From: Eledone cirrhosa
Lineage: Eukaryota
Assembly: GCA_964016885.1 (NCBI GenBank)
Contig: OZ024744.1
Coordinates: 32,922,001 to 32,986,000 of the forward strand
Reading direction: 5' to 3'
Length of the DNA: 64,000 nt
Under the pieces are notes generated by a model that saw only the letters and a list, made by a program, of their open reading frames with translations, ran no database searches and was not told where the DNA came from. Of the stretch, positions 15,001 through 29,175 are shown piece by piece. Every line of letters starts with the position of its first letter. Position 1 is the stretch's first letter. The position numbers were made by a program, and so were the translations under genes.

Positions 15001-18000
15001 ACACGACACTTTGCAGAGAGGGCTGGGTGATTTTAATCATGACACCTATACGACCACTTTACAGAGTGGGCTGGGTGATTTTTATCATAACACCTACACA
15101 ACCACTTTACAGAGAGGGCTCGGTGATTTTTATCACGACACCTACGCGACCACTTTACAGAGAGGGTTGGGTGATTTTTATCATGACCCCTACACGACCA
15201 CTTTACAGAGAGGGCTGGGTGATTTTTATCATGACACCTACACGACCACCTTACAGAGAGGGTTGGGTGATTTTTATCAATACACCTACACAACCACTTT
15301 ACAGTGAGGGCTGGGTGATTTTTATCATGACACCTACACGACCACTTTACAGAGAGGGCTGGGTTATTTTTATCATGACACCTACACAACCACTTTACTG
15401 TGAGGGTGGGAGATTTTTATCATGACACCTGCACGACCACTTTACACAGTGGGCTGGTTGATTTTTATCATGACACTTACACGACCACTTTACAGAGAGG
15501 GCTGGGTGATTTTTATTATGACACCTACACAACCACTTTACAGTGAGGGTGGGTGATTTTATCATGACACCTACACAACCACTTTACAGTGTGGGCTGTG
15601 TGATTTTTATCATGACACCTACACAATCACTTTACAGAGAGGGCTGGGTGATTTTTATCATGACATCTACACAACCACTTTACAGAGAAGGCTGGGTGAT
15701 TTTTATCATGACACCTACAAGACCACTTTACAGAGAGGGCTGGGTGATTTTTATCACGCCACCTACACGTCCACTTTAAAGAGAGGTTTGGGTGATTTTT
15801 ATCGTGACACCTATACAACAACTTTACAGAGAGGGCTGGTTGATTTTTATCATAACACCTACACAGCCACTTTAAAGAGAGGGTTGGGTGATTTTTATCA
15901 TGACAACTACACAACCAATTTACAGAGAGGGTTGGGGGATTATTATCATCACCACTACACAATCACTTTACAGAGAGGGCTGGGTGATTTTTATCATGAG
16001 ACCTACACGACCACTTTACAGAGAGGGCTGGGTGATATTTATCATGACACCTACACGACCACTATACAGTGTGGGTTGGGTGATTTTTATCCTGGCACCT
16101 ACACAACCACTGTTCAGGGATGGTTGGGTGATTTTTATCATGACACCTACATAGCCACTTTACAGTGTGGGCTGGGTGATTTTTATCATGACACCTACAC
16201 AACCACTTTACAGAGAGCGCTGGGTTATTTTTATCATGACACCTACAAAACCACTTTACAGTGAGGGCTGGGTTATTTTTATCATGACACCTACACGACC
16301 ACTTTAAAAAGGGGGCCGGTTGATTTTTATCATGACACCTACACAACCACTTTACAGAGAGGGCTGGGTGATTTTTATCACGACACCTACACGACCACTT
16401 TACAGAGAGGGTTGGGTGATTTTTATCATGACACCTACACAACCACTTTACAGTGAGGGCTGGGTGATTTTTATCATGACGCCTACACAACCACTTTACA
16501 GTGTGGGCTGGGTGATTTTTATCATGACACCTACACTATCACTTTACAGAGAGGGCTGGGTGATTTATATCATGACACCTACACGACCACTTTACAGAGA
16601 GGGCTGGGTTATTTTTATCATGACACCTACAAAACCACTTTACAGTGAGGGCTGGGTGATTTTTATCATGACACCTACACGACCAATTTAAAGAGAGGGC
16701 TGGGTGATTTTTATCATGACACCTACACGACCACTTTACAGAGAGGGCTGGGTGATTTTTATCATGACAACTACACAACCACTTTAGAGTGTGGGCTGGG
16801 TGATTTTTATCATGACACCTACACAACAACTTTACATAGAGGGCTGGGTGATTTTATCATGACACCTACACGACCACTTTTCAGAGAGGGCTGGGTGATT
16901 TTTATCATGACACCTACACAACCACTTTACAGTGAGGGCTGGGTGATTTTTATCATGACACCTACACGACCACTTTACACTGAGAGTTGGGTGATTTTTA
17001 TCATGACACCTACACAACCACTTTGCAGTGTGGGCTGGGGGATTTTTATCATCATACCTACACAACCACTTTACAGTGTGGGCTGGATGATTTTTATCAT
17101 GACACCTACACGACCACTTTACAGAGAGGGCTGGGTTATTTTTATCATGACACCTACACAACCACTTTACTGTGAGGGTGGGAGATTTTTATCATGACAC
17201 CTGCACGACCACTTTACACAGTGGGTTGGTTGATTTTTATCATGACACCTACACAATCACTTTACAGAGAGGGCTGGGTGATTTTTATCATGACACCTAC
17301 AAGACCACTTTACAGAGAAGGCTGGGTGATTTTTATCATGACACCTACACAACCACTTTACAGAGAAGGCTGGGTGATTTTTATCATGACACCTACAAGA
17401 CCACTTTACAGAGAGGGCTGGGTGATTTTTATCACGACACTTACACGTCCACTTTACAGAGAGGGCTGGGTGATTTTTGTCATGAGACCTACACGACCAC
17501 TTTACAGAGAGGGCTGGGTGATATTTATCATGACACCTACACGACCACTTTACAGTGTGGGTTGGGTAATTTTTATCCTGGCACCTACACAACCACTGTT
17601 CAGTGAGGGTTGGGTGATTTTTATCATGACACCTACACAGCCACTTTACAGTGTGGGCTGGGTGATTTTTATCATGACACCTGCACGACCACTTTACAGA
17701 GTGGGCTGGGTTATTTTTATCATGACACCTACACAACCACTTTACAGAGAGCGCTGGGTTATTTTTATCATGACACCTACAAAACCACTTTACAGTGAGG
17801 GCTGGGTGATTTTTATCACGACACCTACAGGACCACTTTACAGAGAGGGTTGGGTGATTTTTATCATGACACCTACACGACCACTTTAAAAAGGGGGCCG
17901 GATGATTTTTATCATGACACCTACACGACCACTTTACAGAGAGGGCTGGGTGATTTTTATCTTGACACCTACACAACCACTTTACAGTGTGCGCTGGGTG

Positions 18001-21000
18001 ATTTTTCAAATGACAACTACACAACCACTGTACAGAGAGGGTTGGGTGATTTTTATCATGACACATACACGACCACTTTCCAGTTTGGGCTGGGTGATTT
18101 TTATCCATACACCAACAAAACCACTTTACAGAGAGGGTTGGGGGATTTTTATCATAGCACCTACAAGACCACTTTACAGAGATGGCTGGGTGATTTTATC
18201 ACGACACCTATACGACCACTTTACAGAGAGAGCTGGGTGATTTTTATCATGAAACCTACACCACCACTTTACAGAGAGGGCAGGGTGATTTTTATCATGA
18301 CACCTACACGACCACTTTACAGAGAAGGCTGGGTGGATTTTATCATGACACCTACACGACCACTTTACAGAGAGGGCTGGGTGATTTTTATCATGACACC
18401 TACACGACACTTTGCAGAGAGGGCTGGGTGATTTTTATCATGACACCTATACGACCACTTTACAGAGTGGGCTGGGTGATTTTTATCATAACACCTACAC
18501 AACCACTTTACAGAGAGGGCTGGGTGATTTTTATCACGACACCTACGCGACCAGTTTACAGAGAGGGTTGGGTGATTTTTATCATGACCCCTACACGACC
18601 ACTTTACAGAGAGGGCTGGGTGATTTTTATCATGACACCTACACGACCACTTTACAGAGAGGGTTGGGTGATTTTTATCAATACACCTACACAACCACTT
18701 TACAGAGAGGGCTGGGTGATTTTTATTATGACACCTACACAACCACTTTACAGTGAGGGTGGGTGATTTTATCATGACACCTACACAACCACTTTACAGT
18801 GTGGGCTGTGTGATTTTTATCATGACACCTACACAATCACTTTACAGAGAGGGCTGGGTGATTTTTATCATGACATCTACACAACCACTTTACAGAGAAG
18901 GCTGGGTGATTTTTATCATGACACCTACACAACAACTTTACAGAGAGGGCTGGTTGATTTTTATCATGACACCTACACAGCCACTTTAAAGAGAGGGTTG
19001 GGTGATTTTTATCATGACACCTACACAACCAATTTACAGAGAGGGTTGGGGGATTATTATCATCACCACTACACAATCACTTTACAGAGAGGGCTGGGTG
19101 ATTTTTATCATGAGACCTACACGACCACTTTACAGAGAGGGCTGGGTGATATTTATCATGACACCTACACGACCACTATACAGTGTGGGTTGGGTGATTT
19201 TTATCCTGGCACCTACACAACCACTGTTCAGGGATGGTTGGGTGATTTTTATCATGACACCTACATAGCCACTTTACAGTGTGGGCTGGGTGATTTTTAT
19301 CATGACACCTACACAACCACTTTACAGAGAGCGCTGGGTTATTTTTATCATGACACCTACAAAACCACTTTACAGTGAGGGCTGGGTTATTTTTATCATG
19401 ACACCTACACGACCACTTTAAAAAGGGGGCCGGTTGATTTTTATCATGACACCTACACAACCACTTTACAGAGAGGGCTGGGTGATTTTTATCACGACAC
19501 CTACACGACCACTTTACAGAGAGGGTTGGGTGATTTTTATCATGACACCTACACAACCACTTTACAGTGAGGGCTGGGTGATTTTTATCATGACGCCTAC
19601 ACAACCACTTTACAGTGTGGGCTGGGTGATTTTTATCATGACACCTACACTATCACTTTACAGAGAGGGCTGGGTGATTTATATCATGACACCTACACGA
19701 CCACTTTACAGAGAGGGCTGGGTTATTTTTATCATGACACCTACAAAACCACTTTACAGTGAGGGCTGGGTGATTTTTATCATGACACCTACACGACCAC
19801 TTTAAAGAGAGGGCTGGGTGATTTTTATCATGACACCTACACGACCACTTTACAGAGAGGGCTGGGTGATTTTTATCATGACAACTACACAACCACTTTA
19901 GAGTGTGGGCTGGGTGATTTTTATCATGACACCTACACAACAACTTTACATAGAGGGCTGGGTGATTTTATCATGACACCTACACGACCACTTTTCAGAG
20001 AGGGCTGGGTGATTTTTATCATGACACCTACACAACCACTTTACAGTGAGGGCTGGGTGATTTTTATCATGACACCTACACGACCACTTTACACTGAGGG
20101 TTGGGTGATTTTTATCATGACACCTACACAACCACTTTGCAGTGTGGGCTGGGGGATTTTTATCATCATACCTACACAACCACTTTACAGTGTGGGCTGG
20201 ATGATTTTTATCATGACACCTACACGACCACTTTACAGAGAGGGCTGGGTTATTTTTATCATGACACCTACACAACCACTTTACTGTGAGGGTGGGAGAT
20301 TTTTATCATGACACCTGCACGACCACTTTACACAGTGGGTTGGTTGATTTTTATCATGACACCTACACAATCACTTTACAGAGAGGGCTGGTTGATTTTT
20401 ATCATGACACCTACAAGACCACTTTACAGAGAAGGCTGGGTGATTTTTATCATGACACCTACACAACCACTTTACAGAGAAGGCTGGGTGATTTTTATCA
20501 TGACACCTACAAGACCACTTTACAGAGAGGGCTGGGTGATTTTTATCACGACACTTACACGTCCACTTTACAGAGAGGGCTGGGTGATTTTTGTCATGAG
20601 ACCTACACGACCACTTTACAGAGAGGGCTGGGTGATATTTATCATGACACCTACACGACCACTTTACAGTGTGGGTTGGGTAATTTTTATCCTGGCACCT
20701 ACACAACCACTGTTCAGTGAGGGTTGGGTGATTTTTATCATTACACCTACACAGCCACTTTACAGTGTGGGCTGGGTGATTTTTATCATGACACCTGCAC
20801 GACCACTTTACAGAGTGGGCTGGGTTATTTTTATCATGACACCTACACAACCACTTTACAGAGAGCGCTGGGTTATTTTTATCATGACACCTACAAAACC
20901 ACTTTACAGTGAGGGCTGGGTGATTTTTATCACGACACCTACAGGACCACTTTACAGAGAGGGTTGGGTGATTTTTATCATGACACCTACACGACCACTT

Positions 21001-24000
21001 TAAAAAGGGGGCCGGATGATTTTTATCATGACACCTACACGACCACTTTACAGAGAGGGCTGGGTGATTTTTATCTTGACACCTACACAACCACTTTACA
21101 GTGTGCGCTGGGTGATTTTTCAAATGACAACTACACAACCACTGTACAGAGAGGGTTGGGTGATTTTTATCATGACACATACACGACCACTTTCCAGTTT
21201 GGGCTGGGTGATTTTTATCCATACACCAACAAAACCACTTTACAGAGAGGGTTGGGGGATTTTTATCATAGCACCTACAAGACCACTTTACAGAGATGGC
21301 TGGGTGATTTTATCACGACACCTATACGACCACTTTACAGAGAGAGCTGGGTGATTTTTATCATGAAACCTACACCACCACTTTACAGAGAGGGCAGGGT
21401 GATTTTTATCATGACACCTACACGACCACTTTACAGAGAAGGCTGGGTGGATTTTATCATGACACCTACACGACCACTTTACAGAGAGGGCTGGGTGATT
21501 TTTATCATGACACCTACACGACACTTTGCAGAGAGGGCTGGGTGATTTTTATCATGACACCTATACGACCACTTTACAGAGTGGGCTGGGTGATTTTTAT
21601 CATAACACCTACACAACCACTTTACAGAGAGGGCTGGGTGATTTTTATCACGACACCTACGCGACCACTTTACAGAGAGGGTTGGGTGATTTTTATCATG
21701 ACCCCTACACGACCACTTTACAGAGAGGGCTGGGTGATTTTTATCATGACACCTACACGACCACTTTACAGAGAGGGTTGGGTGATTTTTATCAATACAC
21801 CTACAAAACCACTTTACAGTGAGGGCTGGGTGATTTTTATCATGACACCTACACAACCACGTTACAGTGAGGGTGGGTGATTTTTATCATGACACCTACA
21901 CAACCACTTTACAGTGAGGGTGGGTAATTTTATCATGACACCTACACAACCACTTTGCAGTGAGGGTGGGTAATTTTATCATGACACCTACACAACCACT
22001 TTGCAGAGAGGGCTGGGTGATTTTTATCATGACACCTAAACGACCACTTTACAGAGAGGGTCGGGTGATTTTTATCATGAAACCTACACAGGCACTATAC
22101 AATGTGGGCTGGGTAATTTTTATCATGACACCTACACGACCACTTTACAGTGAGGGCTGTGTTATTTTTATCATGACACCTACACAACCACTTTACACAG
22201 TGGGCTGGGTGATTTTTATCACGATACCTACACAACCACTTTACAGAGAGGGCTGGGTGATTTTTATCACGATACCTACCCGACCACTTTACAGAGAGGG
22301 TTGGGTGATTTTTATCATGACACCTACACATCCACTTTACAGAGAGGGCTGGGTGATTTTTATCATGACACCTACACGACTACTTTACAGACATGGTGGT
22401 TGATTTTATCATGACACCTACAGGACCACTTTACAGAGAGGGCTGGGTGATATTTATCATGACACCTACACAACCACTTTTCAGTGAGGGTTGGGTGATT
22501 TTTATCATGACACCTACACAACCACTTTACAGTGAGGGCTGGGGGATTTTTATCATGACACCTACACGACCACTTTACACAGTGGGTTGGCTGGTTTTTA
22601 TCATGACACCTACACAACCACTTTACAGAGAGGGTTGGGTGATTTTTATCATGACACCTACACGACCACTTTACAGAGAGGGCTGGGTGATTTTTATCAT
22701 GACACCTACACGACCACTTTACAGAGAGGGTTGGGTGATTTTTATCATGACACCTACACAACCACTTTACAGTGTGGACTGGGTGATTTTATTCATGACA
22801 CATACACAATCACTCTACAGTGTGGACTGGGTGATTTTATTCATGACACCTACACAATCACTCTACAGTGTGGGCTGGGTGATTTTATCACGACACCTAC
22901 ACGACCACTTTACAGAGAGGGCTGGGTGATTTTTATCATGACACCTACACAACCACTTTACTGTGTGGGCTGGGTGATTTTTATCATGACACCTACCCAA
23001 CCACTTTACAGTGTGGGTTGGGTGCCTTTTATCATGGCACCTACCCAACCACTTTACAGTGTGGGTTGGGTGATTTTTATCATGGAACGTACACAACTAA
23101 TTTTCAGTGAGGGTTGCGTGATTTTCATCATGACACCTACACAACCACTTTACAGAGAGGGCTGGGTGATTTTTATCATGACACCTACACGACCACTTTA
23201 CAGAGAGGGTTGGGTGATTTTTATCATCACACCTACATGACCACTTAACAGAGAGGGTTGGGTCATTTTTATCATGACACCTACACAACCACTTTAGAGT
23301 GTGGGCTGGGTTATTTTTATCATGACTCATACACAATCACTTTACAGAGAGGGCTGGGTGATTTTTATCATGACACCTACACGACCACTTTACAGAGAGG
23401 GCTGGGTGATTTTTATCATGACACCTACACGTCCACTTGACAGAGAGCGCTGGGTGATTTTTATCATGACACCTACACAACCACTTTACTGTGTGGGCTG
23501 GGTGATTTTTATCATGACACCTACACAACCACTTTACAGTGTGTGCTGGGTGATTTTTATCATGACACCTACGCAAACAATTTACAATGTGGGCTGGCTT
23601 ATTTTTATCATGACACCTACACGACCACTTTACAGAGAGGGCTGGGTGATTTTTATCATGGCACCTACACCCCCACTTTACAGAGAGGGCTGGGTGATTT
23701 TTGTTATGACACCTACACGACCATTTTACAGTGTGGGCTGGGTGATTTTTATCATGACACCTACACGATCACTTTTCAGAGAGTGCTGGGTGATTTTTAT
23801 CATGACACCTAAACGACCACTTTACACAGTGGGCTGGGTGATTTTTATCACGATACCTACACAACCACTTTACAGAGAGGGCTGGGTGATTTTTATCACG
23901 ATACCTACCCGACCACTTTACAGAGAGGGTTGGGTGATTTTTATCATGACACCTACACATCCACTTTACAGAGAGGGCTGGGTGATTTTTATCATGACAC

Positions 24001-26338
24001 CTACACGACCACTTTACAGACATGGTGGTTGATTTTATCATGACACCTACAGGACCACTTTACAGAGAGGGTTGGGTGATTTTTATCATGACACCTACAC
24101 AACCACTTTACAGTGAGGGCTGGGGGATTTTTATCATGACACCTACACGACCACTTTACACAATGGGTTGGCTGGTTTTTATCATGACACCTACACAACC
24201 ACTTTACAGAGAGGGTTGGGTGATTTTTATCATGACACCTACACGACCACTTTACAGAGAGGGCTGGGTGATTTTTATCATGACACCTACACGACCACTT
24301 TACAGAGAGGGTTGGGTGATTTTTATCATGACACCTACACAACCACTTTACAGTGTGGACTGGGTGATTTTATTCATGACACATACACAATCACTCTACA
24401 GTGTGGACTGGGTGATTTTATTCATGACACCTACACAATCACTCTACAGTGTGGGCTGGGTGATTTTATCACGACACCTACACGACCACTTTACAGAGAG
24501 GGCTGGGTGATTTTTATCATGACACCTACACAACCACTTTACTGTGTGGGCTGGGTGATTTTTATCATGACACCTACCCAACCACTTCACAGTGTGGGTT
24601 GGGTGCCTTTTATCATGGCACCTACCCAACCACTTTACAGTGTGGGTTGGGTGATTTTTATCATGGAACGTACACAACTAATTTTCAGTGAGGGTTGCGT
24701 GATTTTCATCATGACACCTACACAACCACTTTACAGAGAGGGCTGGGTGATTTTTATCATGACACCTACACAACCACTTTACAGTGAGGACTGGGTGATT
24801 TTTATCATGACACCTACACGACCACTTTACAGAGAGGGTTGGGTGATTTTTATCATCACACCTACATGACCACTTAACAGAGAGGGTTGGGTGATTTTTA
24901 TCATGACACCTACACAACCACTTTAGAGTGTGGGCTGGGTTATTTTTATCATGACTCATACACAATCACTTTACAGAGAGGGCTGTGTGATTTTTATCAT
25001 GACACCTACACGACCACTTTACAGAGAGGGCTGGGTGATTTTTATCATGACACCTACACGTCCACTTGACAGAGAGCGCTGGGTGATTTTTATCATGACA
25101 CCTACACAACCACTTTACTGTGTGGGCTGGGTGATTTTTATCATGACACCTACACAACCACTTTACAGTGTGTGCTGGGTGATTTTTATCATGACACCTA
25201 CGCAAACAATTTACAATGTGGGCTGGCTTATTTTTATCATGACACCTACACGACCACTTTACAGAGAGGGCTGGGTGATTTTTATCATGGCACCTACACC
25301 CCCACTTTACAGAGAGGGCTGGGTGATTTTTGTTATGACACCTACACGACCATTTTACAGTGTGGGCTGGGTGATTTTTATCATGACACCTACACGATCA
25401 CTTTTCAGAGAGTGCTGGGTGATTTTTATCATGACACCTAAACGACCACTTTACAGAGAGGGCTGGGTTATTTTTATCATGACACCTCCACGACCACTTT
25501 ACATTTTGGCCTCGGTGATTTTTATCATGACACCTACCCAACCACTTTACAGTGAGGACTGGGTGATTTTTATCATGACACCTACACGACCACTTTACAG
25601 AGAGGGCTGGGTGATTTTTATCATGACACCTACACGACCACTTTACAGAGAGGGTTGGGTGATTTTTATCATGACACCTACACGACCACTTTACAGAGAG
25701 GGCTGGGTGATTTTTATCATGACACCTACACGACCACTTTACAGAGAGGGCTGGGTGATTTTTATCATGACACCTACACGACCACTTTACAGAGAGGGTT
25801 GGGTGATTTTTATCATGACACCTCCACGACCACTTTACATTTTGGCCTCGGTGATTTTTATCATGACACCTACCCAACCACTTTACAGTGAGGACTGGGT
25901 GATTTTTATCATGACACCTACACGACCACTTTACAGAGAGGGCTGGGTGATTTTTATCATGACACCTACACGACCACTTTACAGAGAGGGTTGGGTGATT
26001 TTTATCATGACACCTACACGACCACTTTACAGAGAGGGCTGGGTGATTTTTATCATGACACCTACACGACCACTTTACAGAGAGGGCTGGGTGATTTTTA
26101 TCATGACACCTACACGACCACTTTACAGAGAGGGTTGGGTGATTTTTATCATGACACCTACACGACCACTTTATAGTGTGGGTTGGGTGATTTTTATCAT
26201 GACACCTACACGACCACTTTACAGTGAGGGTTGGGTGATTTTTATCATGACACCTACACGACCACTTTACAGTGTGGGTTGGGTGATTTTTATCATGACA
26301 CCTACACGACCACTTTACAGTGTGGGTTGGGTGATTTT
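1..26338. repeat. 48-bp tandem satellite, ~550 units, open at the left window edge
   Basis: Consensus TTTTTATCATGACACCTACACRACCACTTTACAGWGWGGGYTGGGTGA repeats continuously, with occasional 47/49-bp units. All ORFs here are 16-aa periodic translations of the unit. Confidence 0.99.
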
Positions 26339-26678
26339 GTTGTGCTAGGATAGCCACTTTACACAGTGGGTTGGTGGGGGAAAGTAGTGGACCTATTCAC
26401 CTCGGCCTGTCTTCCTGGGGGTGTAAGGGTGAATGGGTTGGGTTGGCGCATACTGTATATTTGCTTTAACTTGTGCCAGTGGGAAGTTAGCTCTTCTGTA
26501 TTACTGCGTATCCCCAGAGATCCCGGTTATGTGTTATCGCCTTTGAGAGATGCAATTGGGCAATGTCGGCTTTTATCACTTCATCCCAAGTATTCCTGGG
26601 TCTCCCCACTCGAAGGCTTCCATCGACTTTGCGCACTCTGCACTTTTTTATACAGCTGTTATCCTTCATATGCATCAC
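26339..26678 (-). mobile_element. 3' fragment of RTE-clade LINE (ORF C-terminus plus 3' UTR)
   Basis: ORF 26487..26678 (-) ...KVDGSLRVGRPRNTWDEVIKAD...NRDLWGYAV matches the RTE C-terminal G-R-GRP-x-TW...R-W pattern and resembles the RTE copy at 31489-32094. Confidence 0.8.
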
Positions 26679-26681
26679 TAC

Positions 26682-26713
<32 letters not shown>

Positions 26714-26763
26714 ATATATATTATATATATATATATTATATATATATATATATTATATATATA

Positions 26764-26808
<45 letters not shown>

Positions 26809-26889
26809 TTATATATATTATATATATATATATTATATTTATATTTATAATATATATATATATTATATATATATATATATTATATATAA

Positions 26890-26976
<87 letters not shown>
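26682..26976. repeat. (TA)n microsatellite
   Basis: ~295 bp of near-pure TA. Confidence 0.98.
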
Positions 26977-26979
<3 letters not shown>

Positions 26980-27203
26980 GTAGTCTAAGTAAAGGTACAA
27001 TTGGATTCACAGGCAGTATAGCAAGTTGAACACTCAATGCTATTGGCGAGCAGAGTATCAATAATAATATATTAGGGAACAAAGAATCAGTGTTGCATCA
27101 TATACATATTTAATTACATATTACATATGTTTCACTGCCGATCAGCTCGAGGAACGATCGATTATATCGTTCCTGACTCTGGATTCGAGAGTTCCTCCGA
27201 TAT

Positions 27204-27243
27204 CTGAAGAGCTTATGTAAGAGTGAAACATATGTAGCATGTG
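27204..27243 (+). ncRNA. degenerate minimal hammerhead ribozyme motif inside a small inverted repeat
   Basis: CTGAAGA-gcttatgtaagagt-GAAA-CATAT-gta-GCATG-TG. The inverted arm at 27099-27136 preserves GAAA-CATAT-gta-ATATG-TA. Confidence 0.5.
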
Positions 27244-27485
27244 ATTAAATATGTATATGTATACTTATTGTTTTTCTTTTTCCTTCAGTATTGTTTCTAA
27301 TATATGCCGACTATCTTCCTGACACCTAGGGCAAATATATTCACTGTATACAATGGTAAGCCAGTTAACACACCACATTGAATATAATTTACAGCTTATC
27401 ATTCTTACAGAGATAGTGTTTTCTCTTTCTCTCTTCACACACACACACTCACATACACACACGCACGCACTCATCCACACAAGGA

Positions 27486-28060
27486 GGGGGGTATCATTCT
27501 CACAGAGATAGTGCTCTTCTTAATACGCGTGCAGTACCAGTCAAAACAAGTTTTTGTACCTCTTGCAGAAAGGATAAACCAGGAATCATTCGTAAATATT
27601 GTTCTGTTCTTTTCTTGATCATTCCCAGTCCTCCCACAATCACTGGTATTGTAACGGCCTTGAGGTGCCATATTTTCTCAATTTCAATAAGCAGATCTTT
27701 ATATTTTCGTAGCTTGTCAAATTCTTTTGCCCCGATATTGTGATCACATGGGATGCTCATATCACTCAGTAAACAGACCTTGCTATGTTGGTCTTTTACA
27801 ATGATATCTGGTATATTACCCAGTGTAGATATTGGCCAACTCTGTCATGTCTATATTTGTATTCTACTGGGGCTAACACTTTACATCCAGAAACTAGGTG
27901 GTCCACTGTTTTAACCTCAAGATTGTAGTATCGGCACTTTAGATTTACTCCATTCATCATCACATTGGCCTAGTAATTCCGTATCAGTAAGCTTTGATCT
28001 TGGGCAGCTAAGATGAAGCCTTGGCTCTCTGCTTTTAGCTCTGAGCTACGTAGCCATACA
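27486..28060 (-). mobile_element. R4/Dong-like non-LTR retrotransposon relic (C-terminal restriction-like endonuclease region)
   Basis: WLRSSELKAESQGFILAAQDQSL and PDIIV...D-SIPCD-NI..KE..K..KY.DL..EI...W...IPVIVGGLG motifs; interrupted frames. Confidence 0.8.
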
Positions 28061-28589
28061 TATATGTATATACAAATAAACACGCATACATGAATATGTT
28101 TGATGTTGCTGAAAGGCTCGTTAATATCAGTCAGAATGGCTTGTAGTTCAAATTTCGCTATTGTCAACTTTGCCCTTAATAATTCTGCCGGTGTTGATTA
28201 CCAGCAATAATCAACCACAGCGATGGATTTAATAGAGTACAAATCGGAGCTGGCTTCTTTATGTCAGTCTGAAGCAGTCTGAAGTTGTTTCCTACTTCTC
28301 CCTGAGAACTTCTGTTACGACACTGTTACCAAATTCTATCCGGCCCACTCTGTGCCAACGAGAGTCACTTGGGGGGGGGGGGGGGTCAGATGTCTCACAC
28401 GCCCACTTGTTCATCTTTCATATACACAAAACGGGAGTTTCTTTTTACGAACTGTTTACATTTCAAAACGTATTTGCTCTCCTCGTGGGAATATTAGCCA
28501 CCCCACGCACCCCGACATACAATCTTCACAGACTGAAGTATTTAACACACCTTTAAACATAAACCTGCATACCAATATGTTTCTTTCTT

Positions 28590-29175
28590 CTACACCACGA
28601 AACTGGATAACGATAGCTTGCGAATTGGGAATTCACCCAAGCTTGAACTCCGGATTAGCAAGCCACACAAATGTCACTGCGGGTCTACCGTAGAATCTTT
28701 CAGTTTCCATCCGCTTTCTTGTCGCTACAGTGCCGGCGGCCTTCCACAACATCCTGCTCTCAACGAGATCTTAAAGCACGGCTTGGATGCTGCAGGCTTC
28801 CCATCCCAGCTCGAGCTGGTGGGGTTGAACCGAGGGGACGGCAAAATGCCAGATGGCATGACCATCTTGCCCTTCTGTGGTGGTAAACCCCTCATCTGGG
28901 ATGTCACTTGCAGTGACACTTTCTCCAGCGCCAACCTGGTGCAGTCTGCGACAAACCCAGGTTCTGCTGCCTGCACGTCATGCCGAGGAGGGTAAACTCT
29001 CCAAATAACGGTCGCTTTCTGGTGTCCTTAACCCTAGGACAACCTCGCTACTCACCACCATCGGCACAGAGTGGCTACCTGCAAGCGTGTGGGCCATGCG
29101 AGCTGGAATGGCTCTTCCAGCGCGTCTGCCTCACCATACTCCGGGGAAACGCCTTCTCTATTTTGTCCGCCGGGG
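28590..29175 (+). mobile_element. CRE-like non-LTR retrotransposon 3' fragment (zinc knuckle plus RLE)
   Basis: C-H-CG...H-LSC, HPALNEIL, DGKMPDGMT..P...GK.LIWDVTC.DT and terminal LFQRV-L-ILRGNA, typical of CRE-clade RLE ends; frameshifted. Confidence 0.75.

Noticed and set aside
1-26338. CRISPR array
   Set aside because: The units are contiguous 48-mers with no unique spacers, there are no cas genes, and the context is eukaryotic.
74-26357. Repeat-protein or zinc-finger gene (KWLCRCHDKNHPAHTV, MTPTRPLYREGWVIFI or DFYHDTYTTTLQRGLG repeats)
   Set aside because: The unit is a multiple of 3 and happens to lack stops in three frames. Frequent 47/49-bp units and stops break every frame, and Cys/His spacing does not fit C2H2.
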